A stretch of DNA of 64,000 bases from Barthelona sp. PAP020. Taxonomy: Eukaryota. Made by a program: the position numbers and the translations under genes. Positions 40,955-51,669 of the stretch are shown in pieces. The notes beneath the pieces were generated by a model, which saw nothing but the letters and a program-made list of their open reading frames with translations, had not been told where the DNA came from and made no database searches. Every line of letters starts with the position of its first letter. Position 1 is the stretch's first letter. The DNA lies in the NCBI GenBank assembly GCA_040182905.1, contig JARQWU010000005.1, forward strand, positions 1 to 64,000, read 5' to 3'.

Positions 40955-41590
40955 TTACAAAAATTTGACAAAAACAAACAACAAGAAAATTAAACAAATT
41001 GCAGCCAAAGGAGTATACTTCTTTATTAAAGCATTAATTCTAGCTTTACGAGCAGAATCCTTTATATTTTGTGCTTTGTTTTTCATTTGTCCGGCTAAAT
41101 TATTGAGATCATTCAAATCATCTCCAGTTCTACCCAACTGATCAATAGCCTGAATCATAATTTTTGTAACATCTTGCAAATTTTCATTTGCTGCGTTTAA
41201 TGAAACAGATGTCTTCGAGTCATTGAAATCTTTGGATATTTTTTCAATTTCAGATTCAAAAGCCATCATTGCCCAAGGTCTGGGTGCAGTTGGAACATCT
41301 TCACCATAATGTTCAAAAAAAGTAGATGACAATTGATTTAAATATCCAAAAGCATGAGTTCTATCAAAATTTTGAACACACAAAACAACATATAAAATAT
41401 CATTAGCAATTAAATAATGAAAAAAATGTTCGCCAGATTTAATTGTGGAAACTTTTGGAGATGAATTATCAATGTGATCAATCAAATAACGCAATTGCCC
41501 ATTCAATTCTTCAGTAATACCTGGTCTATTATGAGTATGTGCTACCAAACGTAATCCATCAGGAAGACGTGCAATGGTTGTTTGTTGCAT
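40955..41590 (-). CDS. SEC22: Longin R-SNARE Sec22
   Basis: TTIARLPDGL.L longin start, AF.YL, RPWAMMAF, SNARE helix and C-terminal TM. Confidence 0.88.
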   Translation of the reverse strand: MQQTTIARLPDGLRLVAHTHNRPGITEELNGQLRYLIDHIDNSSPKVSTIKSGEHFFHYLIANDILYVVLCVQNFDRTHAFGYLNQLSSTFFEHYGEDVPTAPRPWAMMAFESEIEKISKDFNDSKTSVSLNAANENLQDVTKIMIQAIDQLGRTGDDLNDLNNLAGQMKNKAQNIKDSARKARINALIKKYTPLAAICLIFLLFVFVKFL

Positions 41591-41799
41591 GGAACGTGAT
41601 ATTTTTAGGAAAAAAAATTTTTTGGGAGATACATTTTTTACACAAACCTAAACAAAAAATATCCAGCAATAATAACTTTTGTATTCAAATAGCATTTTGC
41701 AGAAGACATTTATTTGGTAAGTTTCCAATAAGGAATAAAGGTTTAAAAAAAAAAAAACTATTTTACAAAACATCGAACTGTATAATTAAAAAATAAAAG

Positions 41800-43386
41800 T
41801 TATCTGTAAGAAGTTGAATGAGCAGAAAATGCAGAAACTTTTCTTCTTCTTGGTATTTTTGTACTTTGGAACTTTTTATTTTTATCATCATGATATGTTG
41901 AAATAGCAGCTTTTAATTTCAATTCATTACTATATAAACTTTGACCTGCTTTCAATAAAGAAGCTTCATCAGAAACAGACCTTAAAATATCCATTTGTGG
42001 TCTAACTTTTGGTTTATCACAAAAAGATTTAAACCAATCCCAACCCTTGAATCTTAATTCTTTTACAAAACCAAATGATTGTTTAAAAATGGGAATTAGC
42101 TCAAAAATATCTTTTGTGTACCTTAAAAGACCTTCTCTATCTCCGTTATCCAAACATTCTTCTCTCTTTTCAATTAAATAAATGATATTTAGCAAAATAA
42201 AATAATCGTTTTCTTTTTTAGCAACTTCTCTAATCATTTTTATTACAGCAGGTCTATTATTTCCTTTTGGAAATGAATTTTTCATTCTATTCAATTCCAT
42301 CTTTTGATAACCCAATATCTTCAAAAGTTTAACGTATCTTCGAACTAAAATACTCTTACAAGCATCCAATTGAGAATCTTTCATACGATGGAATTCTGCA
42401 GGAGTTAAATCATTAATTGTTGGTGGTTTCATATCTTCATCAAATTCAGCTAGTATTTCAGGGGTAAAAATGGCACGATAATCACTCTTATTTTTTGGCC
42501 AACCCATAGGTACCGTCAATTCTTGTAAAACATAATTGTTCTTTCGGTTTTCAAACAAAGATGCGTGATTCTTTCTTGAATTTCTCCGTAATTGCAATAC
42601 TAATCTTTCAGGATCGCTTAATTCTTTTGTATTTACACTTTTACTGAAAATTTTTGAATCAACCCATCTACAATGAGGATCTAAAATAGAATCATAAGAT
42701 AAACTGTTAGGTTGTACCTTGGTAGAAAAAGTAAATCCTTGTTCTCTCCTTTTTTCAGCTTCTTTTTTTTGTCTACGACTGGTTTGTGAACCTCTATAAC
42801 CTCCAAACGATGCAGTTAAAGGTCTATCAGGTCGTAATAATGAATTTGCCTGTGGAATCAACATAATTTCGTCATCCATAGCATCAATAGATGTATTTGG
42901 TCGAGCAAACTCACGTGCTGATAATGGACGTGCCATATTGATATCATCTCTTGGTGGTGGTTTAGGTATTCTGGCTGTGTTACTGGTCATGATACTTTTA
43001 CGTGGCGAAAGAATTTCAGTTATTGTGTGTTCAAGAGAAGCATTTGTGAGCTCAAGTTTTCGAATGCTTTCAGACAAAGGATCTTTTCTTTTCTTCAACG
43101 TCAATTGTAAAGGAGGAACTTTCGTTGATCGATTCCTACTGGTGTTTAATATTTCCTCATAATCTGAATCTAAATAATTATCATTATAAAAAGTAGAATC
43201 ATTATCATTTCTTCTAACAACAGGTGAATTTTCAAATATTTCACGAAATTTTTTGGTCGAAGACAAAGGAAATTCTTCATCAGAATTAAAAGGGGTATTA
43301 TCATCACTAAAATCATCTTTCTGGATAGATGCTACTGAAAATTCATCACTTTCACTATCCGAAAACGAATATTCATTGTCAGACAT
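41800..43386 (-). CDS. Hypothetical protein (acidic/disordered N-terminus)
   Basis: 528-aa ATG ORF; no family recognised. Confidence 0.8.
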   Translation of the reverse strand: MSDNEYSFSDSESDEFSVASIQKDDFSDDNTPFNSDEEFPLSSTKKFREIFENSPVVRRNDNDSTFYNDNYLDSDYEEILNTSRNRSTKVPPLQLTLKKRKDPLSESIRKLELTNASLEHTITEILSPRKSIMTSNTARIPKPPPRDDINMARPLSAREFARPNTSIDAMDDEIMLIPQANSLLRPDRPLTASFGGYRGSQTSRRQKKEAEKRREQGFTFSTKVQPNSLSYDSILDPHCRWVDSKIFSKSVNTKELSDPERLVLQLRRNSRKNHASLFENRKNNYVLQELTVPMGWPKNKSDYRAIFTPEILAEFDEDMKPPTINDLTPAEFHRMKDSQLDACKSILVRRYVKLLKILGYQKMELNRMKNSFPKGNNRPAVIKMIREVAKKENDYFILLNIIYLIEKREECLDNGDREGLLRYTKDIFELIPIFKQSFGFVKELRFKGWDWFKSFCDKPKVRPQMDILRSVSDEASLLKAGQSLYSNELKLKAAISTYHDDKNKKFQSTKIPRRRKVSAFSAHSTSYR

Positions 43387-43499
43387 GCTTTTTTAGGTGT
43401 GTTATCAAAAAAAAGCAGATTGATTAACAAAAAAAATTTGAATGGCAATAAATATTGCCCTTTTTTTTAAAGTGAAAAAAAACTATTCATTCATCAAAT

Positions 43500-44162
43500 T
43501 TATGAAATAGTGCCTTTCTCAAGTTCACATTCAACAAATCCTTGACAATCAATGGGATTTTCCATCAAAACCACTTGATGATTTTTAATGGTAAAATATG
43601 GAAGAATTCTTTGCAATTGATCCAATTTAACTTGTTTTTTTCCTTTAGCAACAAATTTAGCACCATCGATTTCCACGACAGGTTGAGCACCTAATTGAGC
43701 ATCTTCTTCAGGTTGAAGCAATTTCACAATACCATCATCTTGTCCTGCAAGAATCATAATCTGAGATTCTATACCTCCAAGTCGAACAGGCTTTAAATTG
43801 GAAACAGTCAAAACTTTTTTGTTGAGCAATTCATCAACTGTGAAATATTTTTGTAATCCAGCAACAACAGGGATAGTATTATCCCCACCAATGGTAATAG
43901 AACCAACATAAAGCTTGTCAGAATCAGGATGAGGAGCAATATCAACAATTTGACCTACTTGCATGTTGATTTTCTCAAAATTTTTGCCCAACTCACGTCT
44001 CATTCTCTTTTCACCCTCTTCATGAAGTGCATTGAGATCAATTGGAGAAAGATGCAAATTTTCATAAGAACTATCAACACAAATAGGACATCTTTGTTCA
44101 AAAGGATAAGCCATTTTGTAACCACATTTGGGACACACTTTTTCTTCAATAATAGTTTTCAT
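43500..44162 (-). CDS. tRNA-binding OB-fold (EMAPII/Trbp111-like) protein with N-terminal CxxC..CxxC zinc ribbon
   Basis: VGQIVDI..HPDSDKLYV, VVAGL and NLKPVRLGGIESQ.MIL motifs; CPKC/CPIC at the N-terminus. Confidence 0.85.
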   Translation of the reverse strand: MKTIIEEKVCPKCGYKMAYPFEQRCPICVDSSYENLHLSPIDLNALHEEGEKRMRRELGKNFEKINMQVGQIVDIAPHPDSDKLYVGSITIGGDNTIPVVAGLQKYFTVDELLNKKVLTVSNLKPVRLGGIESQIMILAGQDDGIVKLLQPEEDAQLGAQPVVEIDGAKFVAKGKKQVKLDQLQRILPYFTIKNHQVVLMENPIDCQGFVECELEKGTIS

Positions 44163-44203
44163 TGATTATGATAAAATAAAAAAGGAAGTGATAAACAATT
44201 TTT

Positions 44204-44548
44204 ATGGATGATTCTGTGAAAAATTCCAAAATTTCCGAACCAAACAAGCTTATCGTCAGCAAAAACACTTTAGGACACATTTCTAATTACTCTGATCGAT
44301 TTATTTCTTTGATAGACGATACGATTTCTTTTGTTTTGAAGAACGAGGACATGAATCAATTTTGGAAATATTCAAGAATTACTGCAAACAAACAAAATGT
44401 GATCAAAGAATGTTCACAAACTTTTGAAGCGATTGATTCCATTTGTACAAAACCTGATATTGAAGAAGTCACAACAAGGATATTGTCTAATATGCAGTGT
44501 ATTGAAATCTCTATTGGTAAACCTATGATGAAAATCCCCAAAGTGTAG
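44204..44548 (+). CDS. Small helical protein (weak resemblance to BORC subunit 7)
   Basis: 114-aa ATG ORF divergent from 44162; the family guess is weak. Confidence 0.55.
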   Translation: MDDSVKNSKISEPNKLIVSKNTLGHISNYSDRFISLIDDTISFVLKNEDMNQFWKYSRITANKQNVIKECSQTFEAIDSICTKPDIEEVTTRILSNMQCIEISIGKPMMKIPKV

Positions 44549-44683
44549 TGATTCTCCAAAGTGTTCATTATTTCAGTTTTTTTTTTATTTCAATTTCTTC
44601 ATTTCATATAAAGCCATTATTTTTCAAATATTTCTGACATTTGTTGTTTTGTTATTTTTATTATTATTTTTTCTATTTTTGTG

Positions 44684-45100
44684 ATGTCTGACGTTGAATC
44701 TTCGGAAATTGATGAAACAAAACAAATAATGCAACAAGAAATATCGCTGTTTGCTGATGAGATTTTTGATAATTCTATTAAAATATTAACTGATTTACAT
44801 TTCGATATTCCAGAAAGTCTGGATAAGGCTTTAAAATTTGTATTTTCCTATAATGACAATTCTAAAACAATTTATTGTTGTGAAACTATTTCGATTGTTG
44901 AAGTTACAATAATAGCAAATCATATTTTTGAATTAGAATCATCTTCTGTGCTATTTAAAAATCCTGAAAATAATAAATATACTAATTTAACAGACAAATT
45001 TCAATTTGAAATATTATTAAACCAGTATTTTGACAAAGCTATTTCTGAGATTGATTTCAAAGTGGAAAATGTTGCTGGAAGTTGTTGTACACTGATGTGA
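44684..45100 (+). CDS. Hypothetical protein ending in a CaaX prenylation motif
   Basis: ATG at 44684; C-terminus SCCTLM*. Confidence 0.7.
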   Translation: MSDVESSEIDETKQIMQQEISLFADEIFDNSIKILTDLHFDIPESLDKALKFVFSYNDNSKTIYCCETISIVEVTIIANHIFELESSSVLFKNPENNKYTNLTDKFQFEILLNQYFDKAISEIDFKVENVAGSCCTLM

Positions 45101-45405
45101 AACGTTTATTTTGTAAAAATATTGAATTTATTTTTTAATTTTTCATTTTTGGTTTTTTTTGCTTGGAAATGAATTCTTTTTCTTTTCCCCAATTCCCAAG
45201 ATGTTGTTTCTAAATGGTTTGTATTTTGTCTATTTTAACCAATTAAATAAAGATTTCGGTTTTTTGAGTTAGACCAGAATTAATTGTGGGTAATTTTGTG
45301 TATTAGCCTTAGTCGTTCATAAAACACCTTTATTATCCAATGATTGTCAGTTTTCTTCAATAAAATTGATATTGAACACACAATTCATGTTTCACTTTTT
45401 TTATT

Positions 45406-47796
45406 ATGGAAAAGCTGTTTCTCAAATATATCTCTGTCAATATCACAGAAGAAGATATAAATGAGAATACAAAAGAAGTGTTTCAATCGTTGATTCAAAT
45501 ATATGCGTTGCCAAAACAAAAATCCGATGTTCAAAACGCAATTATATCTTCAGTATATTTGTATTTATCGAAAAATGAAAATAATCAGACATTGATTAAC
45601 TTTCTCGAAATGGTATTTGTGCAAATGTTATTTGTTAAAAATGAAACTGTCCGAAGCAATATCGTTGAAATGATTCATAAATTGATAATTGTTGGTTTGA
45701 ACTTTAATGATGTTTTATTTGATAAATTGGTTGACCGTTTAAATGACCGAAGTTACAAAGTTCGATTATGTGTCATTAAATTATTTAGTGCTCTTCCAAT
45801 CGTTAGAATAAAGAAATATTTAAATATGGTTTTATTGGTAGCACTTGGTGATGGGAGTATTAAAGTGAGAAATGAAGCCATTCGATTAATTTTATCATTA
45901 AAGGATGAAGATACCGATGAGATGATAGAGTTGATCTTGTCTGATATGAAAAATAACTTCGATATGGATCTAATTAATCAAATCATACCATTAATAAATC
46001 AAAACACATCAATGACCATTATTCAAGAGATCACTTTTATTTTGTTGAAAAACAATGAGATAGATAACATTTTTTTCACGCGTGTTTTACCTTCAATTAT
46101 TAAATGGGATCCAACTGTTCTTTTTGTTCATGGTAAAAGTGATATAACGTTTGAAGGCACAACTGACATAAAGAATATTTTTGAAACAGTTTGTATGAAG
46201 TTGTTTTCTCTTGATTTATGGAGAAAGGCATGTTTTCCTTCGAACTTATGGTTAAATGAGTTTGAAAAGATTGACGACTACAATCAAAGACTTGTTAATT
46301 CAAAGAGACATGAAGAAGTGGAGGATTTGTTATCCAGTAGGTCAAGTGATTCTCTTAAGGCTCTTCTATCTGATCCATATCATTTTATTCAATTGTACTG
46401 TTGGTATGAACAGTGTATTTTAACGAATAGCGATGAGTTATTGGATGAGCTGAATCTATCTTTCCTGCATCTTAATCACATTCTGCATTTAATATTATCT
46501 CTCGAAAACAATGGGACTATTATTGATATATGGGGAAAATTATGTAAGTCTATGTGTACTAAGGGTTTTATTGACCAGTCTCAACATTTAATATTTAAAA
46601 ATATGATAGAATATGTTCTAATTAACACAAATTTTTATGAAATTTTTCAATTTTTGTTGCCAAGTGTGTTTGAAAATGGAATTGACTTTCATTGGTTGAT
46701 TGAATTAGCTCGAGAATTATTAGATGAGGCTAAATTCATTCAATTGTATATTTTACTCAAAACTTATTTGCTAAATGGTAAAAATAGATGTAATGAGGGT
46801 GAAATATTACAAATTATGGATTATATTTTTGAATTGACAAAGAAAGTCGATGAAAGTTATTGTTTATTTTTTTACATTTTGAAAAATCACACATACAATG
46901 AGATAGTTGAAGAAACCATTATGAAAGAGCTGTTTAAAGCTTTTTCGATCAAAGCAACTCCTGAGATTTTGTTGACTATTGGAGATATTGCTTTATTAAA
47001 GGGAATTAATTTTGTTTTTCTGAAATCAAATGGTATTTTCATTCCAGAGACTATTTTGGGGTTATATGATACTGTTGGAATTGATGCATTGGTTCAACTG
47101 TTTGGAAAATTATTGTTATGGCAAATTTCACAAGGGGAACAAAGAAAAGTTTCTTCCAAGATTGAATTTTTGGATTTTGAGAATAAATGGGATGTATCCC
47201 ATATTATTCAGCATTGTTTTCCCCTTGTAACATTAAATAAAATAATAAATGATTATTTAGTTGAATCTATAATGACATCTACTGGTTTAGTCTATTTTTT
47301 AGAGGCAATTCCAACTTTAGTACAATTCTTGATAGATGCTGATAAAGTTTTTTTGTTGAGTGAAATAATTAGCTTCTGTTCAGCAGGGTTTCCAGATTCG
47401 GAAAACATTGAAATGTTCTTAAAGCAAGATCTTCCCCATATGTACAAGTTTCCATGTTTATTCATTTTATATATTATGTTAAGTGTGTTTATTGTTCTTG
47501 ATGATCCAGAACTCATTATTGAATTTGGAAAATATTCAACTTATCCCTTAAGTGATGTGATATATTGGTTAGATTTTGATGGTGAATGTCCAAGAATGTT
47601 TGATTTTTTGATTTCCAAAGTTTGTTCTTTGAGTAATCAGTGTAATGAAATCTTTTGTGAATATTCAAAGAGAAAAACTAACATTTACCAAAAAATATTA
47701 CATATTTTAGAAAATGTTTCAGTTGATGAAGTTAATGATGAGGAAATGAAAGACATTTTAGTCTACGATTTTTTGGAGAAATTGCAGTTTGAGTGA
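45406..47796 (+). CDS. HEAT-repeat protein, condensin subunit CAP-G-like
   Basis: LVDRLNDRSYKVRL and GDGSIKVRNEAI HEAT motifs near the N-terminus, as in NCAPG/Ycg1; the rest is divergent. Confidence 0.55.
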   Translation: MEKLFLKYISVNITEEDINENTKEVFQSLIQIYALPKQKSDVQNAIISSVYLYLSKNENNQTLINFLEMVFVQMLFVKNETVRSNIVEMIHKLIIVGLNFNDVLFDKLVDRLNDRSYKVRLCVIKLFSALPIVRIKKYLNMVLLVALGDGSIKVRNEAIRLILSLKDEDTDEMIELILSDMKNNFDMDLINQIIPLINQNTSMTIIQEITFILLKNNEIDNIFFTRVLPSIIKWDPTVLFVHGKSDITFEGTTDIKNIFETVCMKLFSLDLWRKACFPSNLWLNEFEKIDDYNQRLVNSKRHEEVEDLLSSRSSDSLKALLSDPYHFIQLYCWYEQCILTNSDELLDELNLSFLHLNHILHLILSLENNGTIIDIWGKLCKSMCTKGFIDQSQHLIFKNMIEYVLINTNFYEIFQFLLPSVFENGIDFHWLIELARELLDEAKFIQLYILLKTYLLNGKNRCNEGEILQIMDYIFELTKKVDESYCLFFYILKNHTYNEIVEETIMKELFKAFSIKATPEILLTIGDIALLKGINFVFLKSNGIFIPETILGLYDTVGIDALVQLFGKLLLWQISQGEQRKVSSKIEFLDFENKWDVSHIIQHCFPLVTLNKIINDYLVESIMTSTGLVYFLEAIPTLVQFLIDADKVFLLSEIISFCSAGFPDSENIEMFLKQDLPHMYKFPCLFILYIMLSVFIVLDDPELIIEFGKYSTYPLSDVIYWLDFDGECPRMFDFLISKVCSLSNQCNEIFCEYSKRKTNIYQKILHILENVSVDEVNDEEMKDILVYDFLEKLQFE

Positions 47797-48030
47797 CTCT
47801 CTCATTTTATTCTCTTCTCACACTTGAATTCAAAATTTGATGAATAAATATTTTTGTTGGTTTGTTTTTCAGCTTTTTTTATCACTTTTTTCCTGTTCTA
47901 ATTTTTCTTCTATTTTTAGATTCTGTTTTCTTCCCAAGGATTCTTTTAGCATTTGTGGTTGATTGTGTTTTTTTGAATAAAATACATTGCACTCTTTTTA
48001 TACAAATAAATTCTTTTTTGTATTCAATTC

Positions 48031-48366
48031 ATGTCTGCCATTAGATATGTTGCTTTTATATTATTTGTAATAATTTTAATATTTATTGTGGCAGCAATAT
48101 TTCTGAAATTTGTGTATTTAACCAAAAAGAAAAGAAACAATATGAGACGCATGAGTTTAAAGGTTTCAAACCCGTCTGATCCAAAGGCTCCAGATATAGA
48201 TTCTGACCAATCGTTCGTTTATGATTCGAATATAAATGATGTAGATGTTGAAACAAATATCCCTCAACTTGACCAATTTCAAGCAACAACTTATGATCCA
48301 TATGCTCGGCAAGAAAATAGTAATAATTCCAATGAGCAAGCTGTGTATTTACCCCCAACTTATTGA
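48031..48366 (+). CDS. Small single-pass membrane protein with C-terminal PPxY motif
   Basis: N-terminal TM, basic stop-transfer KKKR, disordered tail ending LPPTY. Confidence 0.7.
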   Translation: MSAIRYVAFILFVIILIFIVAAIFLKFVYLTKKKRNNMRRMSLKVSNPSDPKAPDIDSDQSFVYDSNINDVDVETNIPQLDQFQATTYDPYARQENSNNSNEQAVYLPPTY

Positions 48367-48531
48367 TCTCTGTAAATAATTCTTTTTATTTTTTGTTTTT
48401 TTCTTTGAATTTAAAAGTTTAATCAATTTTTCAATCAATGGATTCAATATATAACAAATTTTTAAAATTTTCCTTTCACAAATGCAGGCAAAAAAAAAAA
48501 ATCAACAAATATTTATGTTTAAACAAATAAT

Positions 48532-49371
48532 CTATTCAGCTTTAACATTAACATTATCTTCATCATCAGTTTCTTCTTCATCATTGTCTGAATCAGCATT
48601 TTCAAGAAGAGGAGCAAGATAAAAACGTAATGAACCCATGTCAAGAATTTCATACTCAACAATAACTGGTTTTGCATCTCTTAATCTCAAAATAACCTTT
48701 TCAGATAAAGGAGCAGCTTTTGCAAAATCTCTAAAATATTTCATACCGAAATTCAAATGAACTTCTTCTTCCATCTCAATGATAACAGATTCACTTTCAG
48801 AACCAATGGAAGTGAATGGCTTTACAGTAATATTGCCTTCACCAACATCACCATTAACACCAAATGTAACACCAGTTTTTGTAACTTTTATTGACAAAGT
48901 TTCATCACCAATTAAACTTAAATCACGAATAATTCTTGCAAATTTGGCTGAAGGCATTTCAATAATAGTACTGTATGGAGTATCTGTAACCCTAAAATGA
49001 TCTTCATCAATTCTTAATAATTTACATTTAAATTTCGAAGTTTGTTCGTCTTGTTGGGAATTAAAGGTCAAATCCAATGTATCTTTTCCTTGTTCAGCAC
49101 TCAAATGAATGATATCTGAATTATCAGCACATTTCAAAAATTTTTGAATGGATTTGAAATTGATACCCAAAGTCATGGGTCTATCACAACGATAATCTTC
49201 AAATCCTTCACTTCTTAAATTGAGCATTACCAATGCAATGAGTGATACATCCAAAGCTTGCATTGTGATTCCCTCAACCGAACAATCAAGATTTGCAGTT
49301 TGAATGAGTGGCTCAATAGCATCTATTATTTTTTTAAGGATAGATGCAGGTTGAATAATGGTCTCAAACAT
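48532..49371 (-). CDS. PCNA: Proliferating cell nuclear antigen
   Basis: MQALD.S.IALV, YRCDRP..LGIN, MPSA.FARIIRDL and GSLRFYLAP motifs. Confidence 0.97.
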   Translation of the reverse strand: MFETIIQPASILKKIIDAIEPLIQTANLDCSVEGITMQALDVSLIALVMLNLRSEGFEDYRCDRPMTLGINFKSIQKFLKCADNSDIIHLSAEQGKDTLDLTFNSQQDEQTSKFKCKLLRIDEDHFRVTDTPYSTIIEMPSAKFARIIRDLSLIGDETLSIKVTKTGVTFGVNGDVGEGNITVKPFTSIGSESESVIIEMEEEVHLNFGMKYFRDFAKAAPLSEKVILRLRDAKPVIVEYEILDMGSLRFYLAPLLENADSDNDEEETDDEDNVNVKAE

Positions 49372-49477
49372 GAATTAAAATGTTAAAAATGAATATTGTC
49401 CTTTTTTTTTTGTTGTTAATCTTTTTTTATTTTGAAAATAATAAATAAAACAATTAAAAATATATTTTACACAATTT

Positions 49478-49827
49478 CTACAATTCAACGGAAGGATCTT
49501 GAATAACAATGAGGGCATAATCTTTATTGGGTGTAATTACAATCTCATGTTTCATAGATCTGATTCTTAATAAAGAAAGTTGATCTGGAGCTGTCATAGT
49601 ATCTGTGTCAAAACGGTCTAAAAGGGAACGGGCTTTATCGATTAAAGGAGTCATAAGAGCCGCATACTAATTGTTAGATTCTACACAAAATATTAACAAA
49701 CATGAACAGTTTCCTTCTGATTCAATTTCCATGATTTAATTGGAATACCATGGGCATTAATAACTAATACACCAACAACACCTGGATTTTGAGTAATGTG
49801 TCTGAGTGCTTCCTCAACTTCTGACAT
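49478..49827 (-). CDS. DYNLRB: Dynein light chain roadblock-type, two exons (49827-49702, 49666-49478), 104 aa
   Basis: Spliced product MSEVEEALRHITQNPGVVGVLVINAHGIPIKSWKLNQKETVH/YAALMTPLIDKARSLL...LRIRSMKHEIVITPNKDYALIVIQDPSVEL*. Missed by the ORF track. Confidence 0.93.
49667..49701 (-). other. 35-nt spliceosomal intron (phase 0)
   Basis: GTTTGTTAATATTTTGTGTAGAATCTAACAATTAG. GT..AG ends, CTAAC branch motif; removal restores the roadblock frame. Confidence 0.92.
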
Positions 49828-49994
49828 TTGGATATTTGAACTTAATAAAATAAAATAACTTCAAATTTTTTCAGTTTTTATAAACATGAATAAATGCAAA
49901 TTGAATTTTCTTTCAATCAAGGTCCTTGAATTTTTGCATAGCAAGAATCAAAATTGGATGAGGAGGTTAATTTTTTTTTTATACATTAATCAGG

Positions 49995-51476
49995 ATGACT
50001 GACGATAAGGTCAAGTTTATTGACAATGTTGATGAGTTCGACGGACCAATGGAAGTAGAATCTTTATGCATGAATTGTCATGAGAAGGGAACAACAAATA
50101 TTCTGTTGACTCGAATTCCATTTTTTAAAGAGGTTGTTGTTATGGCCTTTAAATGTCCTCATTGTGGATATAGAGATCATACAATTGAAGAAGCTAGTGA
50201 AATTCAAGATTATGGAATCAATTTCAAGTTAAAGGTTGAAGACAGAAGTGATTTAGATCGTCAAGTTGTTAAAAGTCAATTTGCGACAATTAGAATTCCA
50301 GAACTTGATGCGAATGAAAATGATAAGTTTATTATCCCTGCTGAAAGTCAAAGGGGTATGTTGAATACTGTTGAAGGTATTTTAAGACGATTGCATTCTT
50401 CACTTGCTGCTCTTCAACCTGAAAGATATATTCATACTCCTGAAGTTGCCACCGCGATTGATGCTTTTTTGCTCAAAGTTGAGAAATTAATGAATTTGGA
50501 AGTACCCTTTACTTTAATTTTAGATGATCCTTCTGGAAATTCATTTATACAATCACCTTATGCTCCACATCCCGATCCTAATCTTGTGGCGAAACGTTTT
50601 GTTCGTACAGAAGAGCAATCAAAGAGTATTGGGCTTTCAGAAGATGCTATTAAGGATAGTGAACAATCCCATAAGAACAAAGGTACAAATGCTGAAGTTG
50701 ATGCTACTTCAAGTGAACTCAATAGACATGCTGTTCGTTTCCAAGATGGTGTTGCAATTTCAGGAGGTCATATTGCACCCATATTTGAAGATCAAACATT
50801 TGAAAATTTGGAAACAATATTATCTTTTCCTATTCGTTGCCCTGCTTGCAAATATCCTGCTGAAGAACGAATGTTCATCACTGACATTCCCTATTTTAAG
50901 GAGGTTATTATCATGTGTGCTTCATGTACTCAATGTGGTTATAGGTCTGCTGATATTAAATGTGGTGGTGCTATTCCTGAGAAGGGAACAAAACTCAAGC
51001 TTGAAGTGTTAAACATGAAGGATTTATCTCGTGACTTTTTAAAATCTGACACGGCTTCATTGGAAATACCTCAACTAGGACTGTTTTTCTCAGAAGGATT
51101 TGCTGGAGCCATCTTTACAACTGTCGAAGGTGTTTTAGACAAGATGATTACTAAATTAGAAGTTGAAAGTGAGAGATTTAAAGGTGATTCTTCAACAGGG
51201 AATGAACTTGCTGCATATCAGACGGTCATTGATGGTCTTAAAGAATTCAAGACCGGCAATAAACCATTTACTCTTTTAGTTGATGATCCTTTATCCAATA
51301 GTTACATTATGTCTTTGACACCTCCAGTCAATGATGAGCAATTAATTGTAGAAGAATATGAACGAACTGATGAGCAAGACACATATTTGGGAATAAAAGA
51401 TATGAATGTTGACAATTATATTGAACACAGGAGATTACAGGTTGGAGAGAAATTTGAGAATCCACAGAAAAATTAA
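49995..51476 (+). CDS. ZPR1: Zinc finger protein ZPR1
   Basis: Two C4 zinc fingers (ESLCMNC..CPHCG; CPAC..CTQCG), each followed by A/B domains (IP.FKEV, DDPSGNS). Confidence 0.97.
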   Translation: MTDDKVKFIDNVDEFDGPMEVESLCMNCHEKGTTNILLTRIPFFKEVVVMAFKCPHCGYRDHTIEEASEIQDYGINFKLKVEDRSDLDRQVVKSQFATIRIPELDANENDKFIIPAESQRGMLNTVEGILRRLHSSLAALQPERYIHTPEVATAIDAFLLKVEKLMNLEVPFTLILDDPSGNSFIQSPYAPHPDPNLVAKRFVRTEEQSKSIGLSEDAIKDSEQSHKNKGTNAEVDATSSELNRHAVRFQDGVAISGGHIAPIFEDQTFENLETILSFPIRCPACKYPAEERMFITDIPYFKEVIIMCASCTQCGYRSADIKCGGAIPEKGTKLKLEVLNMKDLSRDFLKSDTASLEIPQLGLFFSEGFAGAIFTTVEGVLDKMITKLEVESERFKGDSSTGNELAAYQTVIDGLKEFKTGNKPFTLLVDDPLSNSYIMSLTPPVNDEQLIVEEYERTDEQDTYLGIKDMNVDNYIEHRRLQVGEKFENPQKN

Positions 51477-51669
51477 AAAATTTCAAAAACGATAGAGGAA
51501 CAACAAGTGTTGATAAATGTTTGGCAGTTTTGTTATTCAACTTTTCAATTGGGAAACATTAAATTGAAAGAAAAAAGCAGACTAAATTTTACAAAATTCA
51601 AAGAAAAAAGATTTCGTAAACATTCAAAACCCGAAGTGTGTGTGAATAACAAAATAAACTCACCTGTTC

